Shown here in pieces: positions 26,737 to 39,595 of a stretch of 64,000 nucleotides of DNA. Under the pieces are notes generated by a model. That model made no database searches, had not been told where the DNA came from, and was given only the letters and a program-made list of their open reading frames with translations. The first letter of the stretch is position 1. Each line of letters starts with the position of its first letter. The DNA is from Octopus vulgaris. Lineage: Eukaryota. The position numbers were made by a program, and so were the translations under genes. The stretch covers positions 57,660,001 through 57,724,000 of the forward strand of contig OX597822.1 of NCBI GenBank assembly GCA_951406725.2. The letters run 5' to 3'.

Positions 26737-27143
26737 GATATGTGCTTATGTCTCTAAACTGCTTGGGACTATATTTGTAATGTTCAGAAAACACAACTTA
26801 CCACTAATGTGTGTGTGTGTATAGATAGAAAGAAAGAAGACAAAACAGTGAACTTGCCATAGAAAGTGGAAAATCCAGCATTTCAGCATCCTTCAAGGAA
26901 AAGTTGAAAGAGAAATTAATGAGAGACAGCCAAGTTGTATGTCCTCCAAGTAAAAAAAAAATGGCTGCATACATGTGTACAAATACACACACATGCATAC
27001 ACACAAGTTTTGCAGCTTAACTAATGAGAGAAAGAGTACTCAATATATGTTATAGAATATATTTGTATGAAATTTCCAGTTCCATTCTGTTAACTTCTCA
27101 TTCAGTGCAATTTGATGCAGTGCCATCACTAGCTTTATACCAC

Positions 27144-27187
<44 letters not shown>

Positions 27188-27249
27188 TTTTATTTGTAGT
27201 AACTCATCGGCTGTGCGAGTATTTGTATGAATATATTTATATAGTACTA

Positions 27250-28893
27250 CTAAATGTACCATCTTCACCATCACTAACAGCAAACTCCATAACAACTATG
27301 GAATTTACACCTGCAATGCTGCGACGTCACCTTCAAAATAAGCGCAACTATGCCTCCCCTGGTCTCGATGGAGTTACATACCTGCTTCTCAAACGTGGCA
27401 GGCACTTCCTTTTACACCAGCTTTCTATTTTCTTCCAGTACTGTCTCAACAATGGTGCTACTCCGGAGCAGTGGAAAACTGCCAGTGTCATTCCTCTGTT
27501 CAAAAAGGGCGACCGCACATCACCTGTCAACTATCGCCCAGTCAGTCTCACTAGCTGTATTGCAAAACTGATGGAATCGTGTGTCAGAGAAACACTCTGG
27601 AACTTCTGGAGCTCTCACAGTCTCATCCGACCCTCACAATATGGATTTGTCCCTAACTCCAGCTGCAGTGACCAGCTTGTCGAGTTCCTTGAGGACATTA
27701 CTCAGATTACTGACAGTGGCTCATGGGTGGATGTTGTCTACCTTGACTTTGCTAAGGCTTTCAACTCTGTGCCACACAAAAGGCTTATGGTGAAACTCTC
27801 TGCAATGGGTGTGGGGGATGACCTTTTTAACTGGTTGAAATCCTTCATCCTCAGCCGAAAGGAGGTAGTCACAGTTCTAGGACAGCACTCTACACCATAT
27901 GAGATGTCATCGGGTGTACCACAGGGATCTGTCCTTGGTCCCTCTTGTTTGTGGCATACATTAACGACATAGATGCCAATTTAAAGAATGCCACAGTATT
28001 GAAATATGCAGACGACATCAAGCTGTACCTTGAAATCAAGAGGACAGATCCTGATGTCTACAACTCTTTCCTGCAATCAGACCTAGACACAATGCAGCAA
28101 TGGATCACAGACTGGCAACTGAAACTGGCTGTGGACAAGTGTACCACCATGCATTTTGGGAGAAAAAACCCTGCGTTCACATACTCCCTCCACAACACTG
28201 ATATCAAGAAATCCTCTTGTGAGCGTGACCTAGGCATCACTGTCAGCAGTGATTTGCGTTGGTCAAAGCATATCTCTAAGATTGTCAGGAAGGCCGAGGG
28301 TGTCTTGGCATCACTCAGCAGGTCTTTTGTTAGCCGCTCTCCAGCCATCTATTTAAAACTGTATACAGCTATGGTACGACCACACTTGGAATTCGCATCA
28401 TCAGTTTGGAACCCCTATCTTGCACAGAACATGGACCTCCTGGAATCTGTCCAGAGACGTGCAACCAAACGCATACCCTCCATCAAACACCTACCATATT
28501 CTGAGCGCCTTGTTTCCCTGGGCATGGATTCACTGAAGCTCCGGCGTTTGGCGACGGACTTGGTAAACACCCACAAAGTTATCAACCACCTCACCAACAA
28601 CAACACTGAACACCTTTTTGATCTCCATGTGTCTAACACACGTGGACATGCCTACAAAGTCAGAAAACAATACAGCTCCCATGACTTTCGGAAACATTTT
28701 TTCACGCTCAGAGTTGCTGAAGCATGGAATAAACTGCCTGCGTCAGTTGTTGACTGCCATGACACTGCATCTTTTAAGGCCCTCATGCTTTCCGAAATCC
28801 GCCGAAACTACACCTGATTATATATACACTTTAGATGAGTTGTAGTGCACCTGAGCACTGTACACAATTATTATTATTATTATTATTATTATT
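27250..28893 (+). mobile_element. 5'-truncated CR1-type LINE with RT domain, short 3' UTR and (ATT)n tail
   Basis: ORFs 27223..27972 and 27945..28817: SPGLDG, NYRPVSLTS, YLDFAKAF, GVPQGSVLGP, YADD (28005-28016), ERDLG, VRPHLEFASSVWNP, TRGH, WNKLP; one frameshift near 27942; (att)n 28866-28893; 5' boundary approximate. Confidence 0.95.
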
Positions 28894-29029
28894 ATAAATA
28901 TTAAAAATATTACAGTTAGGTCATATGTAAACAAACAAACAGTTTGTTTTGAAGCGTCCTCATGGCTGGTTGCCGGCAAATTTTTCTGCTCTTGAAAGGA
29001 TTTTATCCTTTATATATACTGTTCAGTAT

Positions 29030-29228
29030 TTACACTCTTTACTCTTTTACTTGTTTCAGTCATTTGACTGCGGTCATGCTGGAGCACCACCTTTAGTCGA
29101 GCAAATCGACCCCGGGACTTATTCTTTGTAAGCCCAGTACTTATTCTATCAGTCTCTTTTGCCGAACCGCTAAGTAACGGGGACATAAACACACTAGCAT
29201 CAGTTGTCAAGCAATGCTAGGGGGACAA

Positions 29229-29295
<67 letters not shown>

Positions 29296-29476
29296 CATAT
29301 ATATATATACATACATATATACAACAGGCTTCTTTCAGTTTCCGTCTACCAAATCCACTCACAAGGCATTGGTCGGTCCATGGCTATAGCAGAAGACACT
29401 TGCCCAAGATGCCACACAGTGGGATTGAACCCGGAACCCGGTTGGTTAGCAAGCTACTTACCACACAGCCACTCCT
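29030..29476 (-). mobile_element. full-length SINE family B
   Basis: (tactctt)n tail, CpG-retaining body, internal (CA)n(TA)n, head ending ccacacagccactcct. Confidence 0.88.
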
Positions 29477-32400
29477 AAAATTTATCTTTCTACTTGTTCT
29501 ATTATAGTTAGATTTCCTACATGGGACAGAAAGACTGCAAATTTACAATTGTCACCGAAATGACATTGTGGGAGTGTTATGGTGCTATGTGGATACAAAA
29601 GCCCCACATTTTGTTCACTGAGCATTTACCTCTGCCTTCTATCATGTCTCCCATTTAGCTTATGGACAATAAGCAAGAATTTCTGCATTAGAATTTGGTC
29701 TGGGATGGCATGAATATGTCACAGTAGATGCTGCTGCAACTGGATTTAAAAGCAGTCTTCACAGGCTGTTTGTTTACATGCCACTGACAAATGGAGTCTC
29801 TATACAGTTGATCAAGCTATTAGAAAGAATAGCCAAATCTTCCTCAAATCACATCCTACCATTTTAAATAAAAGAAGGATGCATTAGACAATATTAGTCC
29901 CTGATATAGAAAGAAGACGGTATCACCATGATATTGAATAGCTTTGATCATAGGTTTTGGTTATCATAAGGCTGACTTGTGGCTAAACAACAACAGAATT
30001 CCTTGTTATACAAATTAAACTTCATTAAGACCAGTATACATGTCAACAATATATGAAAAGAAGTGATAAAAAAAAAAGAAGAAAATTGCAGCAATTCAAT
30101 TATTTCTCTAGAGTTACATAAAGCAATAGTTATGCATGCTTGTTTTAATGACGTTAATGAGCGTTGTCTCAGAAAAATATGCAAAATATAGTGGCTTATG
30201 ATTCTTATTTTCTCTAAGTATTCTTGTATATTAATGATTTCTTGCAATTTTTGACACTATCTGGATCAATAATTTCTGTTGATTTTATTGGAAATGGACA
30301 CACAAGCCATTTATTGACCAAAATTAGATGCAAGAAAATGGGACATGCAAGTTGTTTTGTCGTTATTAGAAAGCAAAACCTCCATTGAAAATGTCTCTCT
30401 TTTCTTTTAGAGATAATATCATACTTCTATCTCTACTATTGCTTCTCTTAGATAAAAGGAAGAATTTTATCCAATAATCATACTAGAATTGAAGGGTCAA
30501 ATTTTCTGCTGGTGATGTGTGTGCATATATGTATTATATTGATTGTTGCTTGTTATTTAGTAAATCAATCAGCTGAATGGTCTTTTGAATGCAGTCTAGC
30601 CTGTATGTGTGTTGCAACAGTGCAGTCCTAGGCATATGGACATTATGCCAGTGTGGGTCACATCTAATTTTTCATAAAATGTCAGCAATTGAACAGAATT
30701 CAAGTATTCAGGTCCTGCAGAAGGAACCTATTCTTTAGGTTTCATTTTTAGCTGGGTTATGCAGCTCACCATCATTGATATTCAGAAATTATGTGGTCTA
30801 CCATTTGTATTGAATGCATTTGTTGTAAGACTACCTGTACTCGAAAGTGAGCAGTTCTGTTAATAGCTTGCTGAAATTACATTTATCTTGAGTCAACATC
30901 TAATGAAGGGAGAGCGATATCAGTGCCTGTGTCTTTTTTTGTCCAGTACCTTTTACCTGTTATCTGTGCTTAATTTTTCTTCTATGTCTCAAAAGGTACG
31001 TGTAGAGCAGCAACAAAATAGCAAAGATAGTATTAGAAAATTAAAATTGTAAGAAAAATAATTTTATATATCATTGAAATGCTAAAGGAACTTTTAAATC
31101 ACACTGTGTGTGTGTGTGTATAGTTTGTGTAACAAGAATGAAAGATACTCTTGATATATAAATGTATGTATATACTTATGTGTAGATAATATATTTTAAT
31201 GCCGGATCATGATTGGGTGTTAGGCATGTTGTGTTCTGTTTGGGCAGATTTTTTTTTTATAACATTTCCATATATCTGTTCCATAATCAAGTAGCATTTA
31301 ATTTATGTATTTTAGTTTGTTTGGTTTAATAATATTTTAGTTTGAGTATTATGTTTGTTGTAGTTAGTATGCTGAATTTGTTTCTGTATTGCTTTAATAA
31401 TATTAAACAAAAATTAAAGAAAAAAACCCTCACCTCACAAAGTGCAAACTTCAAGCCACCACTTAAGAAACTTCAGATTAGTAGATGAACTAGTTGGTCG
31501 TACATCACCTCTACTAGGTCCATCTGATATGCCTGTCGCTAATCCTCCCACCTCTCCTACACTATTTCAGTTTACACAACATGTACTATCCACTTTTCCA
31601 AATTCTTCCCTAGACCATCAATTTGCCAGCCTTGAAATTAACAATGTCAATTCACCAGCCCATACATTTCCCCATTTCAGTCTTAGTAGTACCATGCTCA
31701 AATATTTTGTTGTGGCCTGTTATTGCCATAGGTACTGTGCCTTCCTTCTGACTAAGCCATAAAAAGAAGAGAAAATTTATTAATTTGTGTGAAACTTAAA
31801 ATTGTTATCTTCGTGGCTCATCTATATTAGATATACAATATAAATGGTGTAACCTTTATGGCCCTGTTATATTAGAGATACAACTATCAATACATCAAGC
31901 TAATGAGAAGATCGCTACACAGTTACCCAACATGCTAGAAATAACCACACCTCTCTCAAAATTTAAGAATATGACTGGGTGATCTCAGTGGGATCATCTT
32001 TTATCATGGCTCTGCTTTGCTGGGGCCAGTCTGGAGTAAACAACACAACACACACAAAAAAACAGTAGTTTATTTCATTTTTGTTTAGAATATCACCAAC
32101 AAGCTAAGTGATTGGTTTGGATATCGATTTAGTAAAATATATTATAAAACCCGTTACTCAACAGTGTGTCTAGATACATTTGAAGTCTGGCAATGATGAA
32201 TGAGAAGCAGACCCAACATGTTTTTTCTGATTACAAAAAACACTGAAGTCCTTTCATTTCAGAAAAATTTTCAAATGTTGACAGACCATGGCAATTTATT
32301 AAACCAAGTCTATCATTGATGTGTGAATATTAACTGATAAAAACAACTTAAATATGTTAAAAATAGAACATATTTGTGTTTACAATAACATGTGTGAGTG

Positions 32401-34062
32401 TACAAATGTATCTGTGTGTGTATATGTATATACATGTACACATGCATGCTCATGTGCACACACACATATACACATGGCTGATTACAGAAGCATTCCATTT
32501 GTAGTTACAGTATTCTGTTATTATATAACTTTAAGTTTGGTGCTGCTTGACTGACTGACTTTTCCTCAGCCTTGGTCTACAAGGTTCCTACTTTCCATAG
32601 TGTCCTTCTAGTATTTAATTTCATACCACACAAACCTATGCTTGTTTATTTATAGTTGTTACATTTTGAGCCAGCATCACTAGGTGAAGAGGAGATAGAG
32701 AGTGAGAGAGAGGGGGGAGGGACCTGTGCAAGCTGAATGTGTGACTCGGTTTCAATTCGTGCTTCGGGCTGTTTTTATGCTTCTCTTTCATTGCTTAAAG
32801 CTTTGAGGAAAACCTCATGAACATCTCACATTCTCATGTCCTTTACTGGTATCAATCTGAAGTGTTTTAATTATGTAAGAAATCAATGCAATTTTGAAAG
32901 TGTCCTTTTTTTTTTTCCTTTTTGAATTCAGCGAACATAAGGTAAATAAATAGTCCATGGTGTACAAATTTTCTTTTTTCTTTTTATGTACACCTGTGAA
33001 AGTAACGAGTGTTTAGTGAATGTTTGAAGTAAACCAAAATGTGAAGTATTGTATTTGTGTTCTAAATCTAAATACAGCCAACATTTTCAAGAAGCTATTT
33101 CAGCTTTAATTTTGTAACTTTTGCTGTCAATCACTTCCCTCACTTCACACCACTCCCATTATATTTTTCAGTTCTGTTGATTAAAATTACAGCTAAATTA
33201 CTCTGAAAAGAATAAACATCCGTCAAGATGTCTATTTTATTTTGGTTTCCTGGCCTCCTATTTCTTTCTCTATAAAATTGTCTTCACATTAAAAGATCTT
33301 TTTATGTAACAAACACAGTGTTTTTGTGTCACCTTTTATTACAGGTTTGCATTCCAAAAATTTAATTAAAAACTAAGAGAGAAAAAGTAATGTTAATATT
33401 ACAAAGAAGAAATTCATTCTGAAGAATTATATTTATTTGTTTACTTATTTTAACGTCATGTTTCATTTGTAACAGCTGTTCCAGAGGAACAAAATATAGT
33501 GTCCTTTTACTAAATAATTTTTATTTTCCAGTAAAATATCAAATTGAAAGTTTCCTGTTGCTGCAAGCCATCTAGGAGAGAGGAGAGCTCTGTAATGCGC
33601 TTCCAAATACAGCTTTCCATTAAAAAATAATAATATGAGACTGCTTTTTAATGTTTAGCCGACCATCTTCCTAGTGCGTATGTGGAAAATGTACCCGTCT
33701 CCACCTTTTTTGCCATAGACTGTGACCAATACAGTTTTCTTAAAAAAGCAAACTAACCAAGTTAACTAAAGTTACAGCTAATTATATATGCTTACATCAT
33801 ACACATGCACACATAGATATGTATATGTATTTTACCTGGTTTGTACTTTGGACGGCATACATGTATAGCTATACAATATGTGCATGTGTTTTAATAATGC
33901 TGAAGTTACGTTGTGTTGTGTTTGTATGTGTATGCATATATATATATATATACACACACATACATACATACACATATATAAGATGTAATGTATGCTGCCG
34001 ACGCTATAAAAGTAATCCAATTTTGCTCAATCTACAGTCATGTTTCTTACTGTTTCTTTCAG

Positions 34063-34146
34063 TTGCTCCAGATGCGATTCACCACCATGTGAAAACCTAC
34101 AGAGAAGACTTGAAAAATATGCACTGCATAGCACCAGAATATGAAG
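34063..34146 (+). CDS. NRBP1: NRBP/Madm pseudokinase, first constitutive exon in window (activation segment to APE)
   Basis: tttctttcag|TTGCTCCA...TATGAAG|gtaac; 84 nt, phase 1-1; encodes (V)APDAIHHHVKTYREDLKNMHCIAPEYE, matching recalled human NRBP1 VAPDTINNHVKTCREEQKNLHFFAPEYG. Confidence 0.93.
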
Positions 34147-34359
34147 GTAACATTGATCCAGCAGCTTCAAATTTTTCCAGACCATTTTCTTATCTTCCTT
34201 CTAATGAAATTTGATAACGTTCCTGTTTTACTCCCAGGATGTTTGAATTAATATAGAGATTAGAGAATTAGAAGCAATTATATACCTTCATGGGTTTCAA
34301 ACATAAATTCTGCTGGGGTTAACTTTGCAGTTCTTTTGTTTTGGTTATCAATCAGTATG

Positions 34360-34610
34360 AGAGTGCCAGTGGCACATAAAAAGCACCAACCAATCGTGGC
34401 CGTTGCCAGCCTCCCCTGGCACCTGTGCCGGTGGACCGTAAAAAGCACCCACTACACTTACGGAGTGGTTGGCGTTAGGAAGGGCATCCAGCTGTAGAAA
34501 CACTGCCAGATCAGACTGGAGCCTGGTGCAGCCTCCTGGCTTCCTATGGTATACCCTATAGTGGCTGGCATTAGGAAGGGTATCATGTTAAATGTTGATA
34601 ATGATGACGT
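34360..34610 (+). mobile_element. retroposon family C
   Basis: aaagcacccactacac...gtggttggcgttaggaagggcatccagctgtagaaa. Confidence 0.8.
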
Positions 34611-35354
34611 CTATACATGTGTGTGTTTGTGTAAGTTCATATTTCCTGTGTGCAAACAATGGCTTTTCTATACAATGTCGTTTGCTTACACTCCATCATG
34701 AAAGCATGTCTGGGTTTCATGTTTCAAGATGTTGCATGATCTTTGTAAACAAAATTTGTGTTTTATGGACCGGTGGTCCTTGATGTGATGGAACTCGCGG
34801 ATTTTGTTTTTTAGGTTCTGTTGGATTATTGTTGTTTCATCCCTTAAATTTTAATTTGTTTGATAAGGGAGATGTATGTATCAAAGCCAGCTAGAAGCAG
34901 GTTGGGTGGGGGTAACTTGTAGGTCCTAAAACCTACACAACACCACTTATAGTAGCAGTGTTGGTCTTGCTTGCTGTCATATTCACTTCATGGATTTTAT
35001 AGTCTTTTGCTTCAGAATTTAAAGGTTGATTTTCCTCAGTGATGTGGGGATATTTTTAGTAGGGATGACCCAAGTTTTTTTCTTCTTCTTTTTTTTTTTT
35101 TTTTTTTTTGCATGTTGGAATCCAAGATCAGGTAAGTTTGGTGTATGATAGTTGACTGGTGGATTTGAAGTGGTTAGAGAGTGCTCACAAAGGGAGCAAC
35201 TACAAATGGGATATATATACCCAGTACAGAATTGCGAACACCATGGTTGAAATGAGAATTTAAGCCACCTGTTCGGTAGAATGAATATGTATATTTGTTA
35301 GCAAAAGGTCCTATGGAAAGCTCATTCTATTTCAGTGAATCTATTAATAATCCC

Positions 35355-35700
35355 TGCTTGAACGGAGACATGTAGATTTGTGCTGCATCCAAAAAGTTAG
35401 GTGAAGAGGAAGTTCTGCTAGGTTCCTCACAGGCAAAGAACATAGGTATAAGATTTTCTAGGTAGAGAACACTGATGGGGTTGGGGGCATGGGTATACTC
35501 CTTGCAGAAAAATGGGTTGATGAGGTAATCAAGGTAGTCAGAGTCTGTGATAGAATACTTAAGCTTAGACTAGTGCTGCAACATGGATTAGCAATCTTTA
35601 TCTCAGCCAAGGCTACCTGATGAACAGAAAGACTGATTTTATGACACACTCTTGCAGACTACCTCATTGATAAATGATAGGGACCTTCTCTAGTGCTGGT
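35355..35700 (+). mobile_element. decayed RTE-clade LINE, AP-endonuclease fragment
   Basis: translates ERRHVDLCCIQKVR*RGSSARFLTGKEHRYKIF*VENTDGVGGMGILLAEKWVDEVIKVVRVCDRILKLRLVL. Confidence 0.8.
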
Positions 35701-36920
35701 ATCACAAAAGGATCCACCCAGTAAACTCTGTAAAGTGCGAGGTTATGAGATCGCTTTAGTCTTATTGAGGACATGACAACCCCTCCAGTTCTGATTTCAC
35801 AGTTAAATTTATGCAGGTTATTTTATAAAGCTGTTTGTCTTAGGAAGGACTTGCAGCTGTAGACACCAAACCAAAATTGAAATATATGAGTGAGATGATC
35901 CTCCTAAGCATCTAAGTGAGTAACTCAAAAAAAAGAACTGCCTCAGACTTTGCTTGTAACGCATCAAAAACCATGTCAGCATAGAAAGCAGACATAAAAC
36001 AATGATGTAGATTAGGTTTCTGGATTTGACTATGTTAAATCTTAAGAGTTATTTACCATAGCCTTGGATTGACCTAGGTTCCATATGTGTGACATTAGGT
36101 ACACAGAAACTTTGAAAGTCTGTCAGATGAATTGTAATTTAAAAGTACATGTCTCTGTTGAATGTTCAGCCATTTAGGTGCTAATTTAATGAGCAGGTAA
36201 TTCAATTCATTGAACATTGAATCATCATCATGAAAACCCATGGAGCTCCAATTCATTTTTTACTTGTATAAAATATACAGTATGTTTCCCAACTTCTTTC
36301 CCTTTGCTCTATCATTGTGTGCAAATGAAAGGAAAGTTCGCTCAGCATGTCTCATCATCATTGTTTTGACATCCACTTTTCCATGTTTACATGGATCAGA
36401 TGGAATTCATTAAGGCAAATTTTCCTCAGCTAGATGTGCTTTCTGTCACCAACTCCCCATGTGTTTCAAAGCAAAGTAATATTTCCTCATGGCCAGACGT
36501 TTTCATGGAGGATTGGAAACAAATGTCACCATTTGTTTGGTGATGCATACTTACAAACATCATGTAATGTCAAGAAAGAAGCATACATGCATGTAATAGG
36601 TTTCTTTCAGTTCCCCTCTACCAAATCTTCTCAAGGTTTTAGGCCAGTCCAGGGCTATAGGAGAAGACACTTGCCCTTGGTGCACATACAGCCCTGTCTG
36701 TGTCTATGAATGAAGCTGAATATTTATGTTAATAATCTGTAAATCAAATCTGCATTTCTCAAAGTTTTGCACCTATTAAAGCACACCTGATACTTAAGAA
36801 GTTGTTGACCTGATTTGGACAGAAATTGAAGGATTAGCCATGCTGTTATGTCTGTGAAACACTCGATTTATGTAGATTTTAAGTCGCAATTTCTTAAAGC
36901 AAATGTTTTTATGTAAGATA

Positions 36921-37132
36921 TTAACCTTTTCGAAACCAACCTGTCCATAACCAGCCCTTGTATTCACATACAAGCTTCAGTTTTAAAGTGAGCTAAATTA
37001 AAAATTTCTATAAAAATTCCATTATTAATTTGTGTTACAAACTCCAGCTTAACAACAATAGTTATTTTATTATATTCTTCACTTTTTAAAAAAAATCAAC
37101 TGAAAGAAAGAGATATATTTCAAAAGGGTTAA
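36921..37132. mobile_element. piggyBac-like MITE with TTAA flanks
   Basis: TTAA-ccttttcgaaa ... tttcaaaaggg-TTAA. Confidence 0.6.
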
Positions 37133-37185
37133 TAAACAGCTGCTATTTATATATATATATATATATACATCCTTTCTTTTTTCAG

Positions 37186-37244
37186 GACCTGGTCAAGTGA
37201 CAACCGCTGTAGATATTTATTCTTTTGGAATGTGTGCCCTAGAA
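37186..37244 (+). CDS. NRBP1: NRBP exon (kinase subdomain IX)
   Basis: ttttttcag|GACCT...CTAGAA|gtgagt; 59 nt; (G)PGQVTTAVDIYSFGMCALE, with VTTAVDIYSFGMCALE matching NRBP1; not in ORF track. Confidence 0.95.
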
Positions 37245-39499
37245 GTGAGTGAAATTTCCTTTAATTTTAAACCTTTTACAATCCCTTAAGTAACCATAGG
37301 AAGCTATTTATTGAAAATAGCATTAAGTTATGTACAGCAATGCTAGCATGGTATTTATTAGATATTCTTAACTGAGATCTTGAGATTATTTGCACATGTA
37401 CATTTTTATTCTTGTACTAGTTCCCTTATTAGATTGTTGTGATATTGAGACATTGTTTTCATGGGTCCACTCAATCACATCTACTGTGGAGCTTATTTCA
37501 GTTTGGTACTTATTTTTATCAATCTTTATTTGACAAATTGCAAAGTCAGGCTTTTTGTGAACACTAGTTAGACCTTTTTTTTTTTAAATAACACCAGTTT
37601 TAACATAAACAGATATAGATTCATGCACATGCGCACGCACACACACACACATTTTATATAGATATACTCTGTCCCTGTAGAATGCTGATGCTGACAATAT
37701 AATGAACATCTGCACAGTGGGATTGAACCCAAAATCACATAGTTGCAAAATGAACTTCATGATGACACAGCTATACTTAATATGAATTAATACATAGGAA
37801 TTTGGTAAATAGAAAATAAAAGAAGCCTGTTGTGTTTGTGTGCCTGAGTGCATGCATATGTCCGTGTATGAATATTTACGACCTTACCTGAGCTACGGCT
37901 ACAAACAGTGATTGTAGCCCAACCACAAGCAGTTAGGTCACCATTTGTAGCTATGCTGCCACCCAGAACATTTGACATTTCTAGTCAATAAATCATCTGC
38001 TAGGTCTGTGCTTTTGAGTTCCTCTGAAATAAAACAAGAAACTCGCTTACCTGATAAAGAAGTATGGGTTGGCAACAGGAAAAGCACCATAAAAATCCTG
38101 TGTCCCATTCCTCTCACATCTAAGCCATGCTAACCTGGGAAAACAAACATTAACCCTTCAGCATTTAAACCAGCCATATCCAGCCAAAATATTCTCCCTG
38201 TTTTTATGTTCTAACTGGCTAGATCTGGTTTCTCACACCAACCCTACAATATCATTCTAAAAAAGAAAGGGGTATTTCATCAAAATCTCAAAGCTACAAG
38301 ACAATGCAAGATTAATTAAAATCATGTGAATAATCAAGCTTTACTTTTGACCGAATAATGTGAATGCTAAAGGACTAAACAAACAAATGATCATGGTATA
38401 TTAAACAGCATTTGTTTTTCTCTCAAAAATTTAAAATATGATTTGAAGGTTTACCTGTTATGCACAAAATTTTAGCCTCACTATGGAAAGTAAACAAAAT
38501 CTGACTAGTTTCCATATCTTAGAACTTCATCAGAGAATGAATAACAATCCATAGAATGATTAGTAGCTTATCTGTTTATCAGTTCAGCTAAATCCTTGTT
38601 CATATATTCTATTGAAAGCCATAAGCTTTTAACCTCTTCATGACCAAATGATGAATATACCTTCTCTGATGACTTTAAGAAGGATAGAAACTAGTCAAAT
38701 CAATTTCATAATTTCTACCCATGGGGATATAAAACTTGTTGTGTGGCCCTTTTGTTTCCTATTCCCAGCGAGACTAAAATTCTGTTTACTTAAAGAAAAG
38801 CATACCTTACATCACATTACAAATTATCCATATATATATAATAGGTGTGTATTGGAAATCACTGTATTGCTTCAATGTGTAAAGGAGCATAAATTAATTT
38901 GCATTACTTTTCAATAGTACCATACCTTTGTAGCTATTTAAAAGGCCCAACCTGCTTGTATCTACTTCCATACACCTTTTTTAAACTGTCAATTCCACTT
39001 ATTTGGTGCTAGTTATTCCTACATGAGTCATGAAAACCAGCTTTCTGGATACATATTTACTTATTGATCTTCCTGTTTTTCTTTTTTATTGTTACATTTC
39101 TTTATTATTATATTTTTTTCTTTAAGATTGGCACACCTTAGGCTCTTTTTTTTTTATATTTGCATTTTGTGGTATCAGACTTTTTTACAGTTGATTATCT
39201 GGCTAAATAATCTAACCAATCAACCATAGGGGAATATTTGGTGGCTATTTTTATTTCCTTGCTACTCTTGCCCTTTAAGTGGTGCTAACAAAATACTTGT
39301 AACAAAGCTTGAATTCTTGACCTTGTGATCAAATAGTTCATTGTATTAACACCACTGTGCCACTATAAATGTGAATAATTAATTATTTAATTAGATCTGT
39401 ATAATACTGTTTAGTTTTAAATTTATTATATTTTTATGTATTACTTGTGCCTTTATAATTAAATAATTAATTATTGTTCCCCTGTTACTGTTTGAACAG

Positions 39500-39595
39500 A
39501 TGGCAGCTCTAGAAATCCAAGGAAATGGTGAAGCCAATGTGACACCAGAAGCAATAAAATGTACATTAGAATCTTTAGAAGACTCCTTACAAAGG
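39500..39595 (+). CDS. NRBP1: NRBP exon
   Basis: gaacag|ATGGCA...CAAAGG|gtaagt; 96 nt; MAALEIQGNGEANVTPEAIKCTLESLEDSLQR vs NRBP1 MAVLEIQGNGE...LEDPLQR. Confidence 0.95.

Noticed and set aside
33819-34214. 131-aa ORF as a stand-alone gene
   Set aside because: Only 34063-34146 is NRBP-like; the rest is intronic read-through
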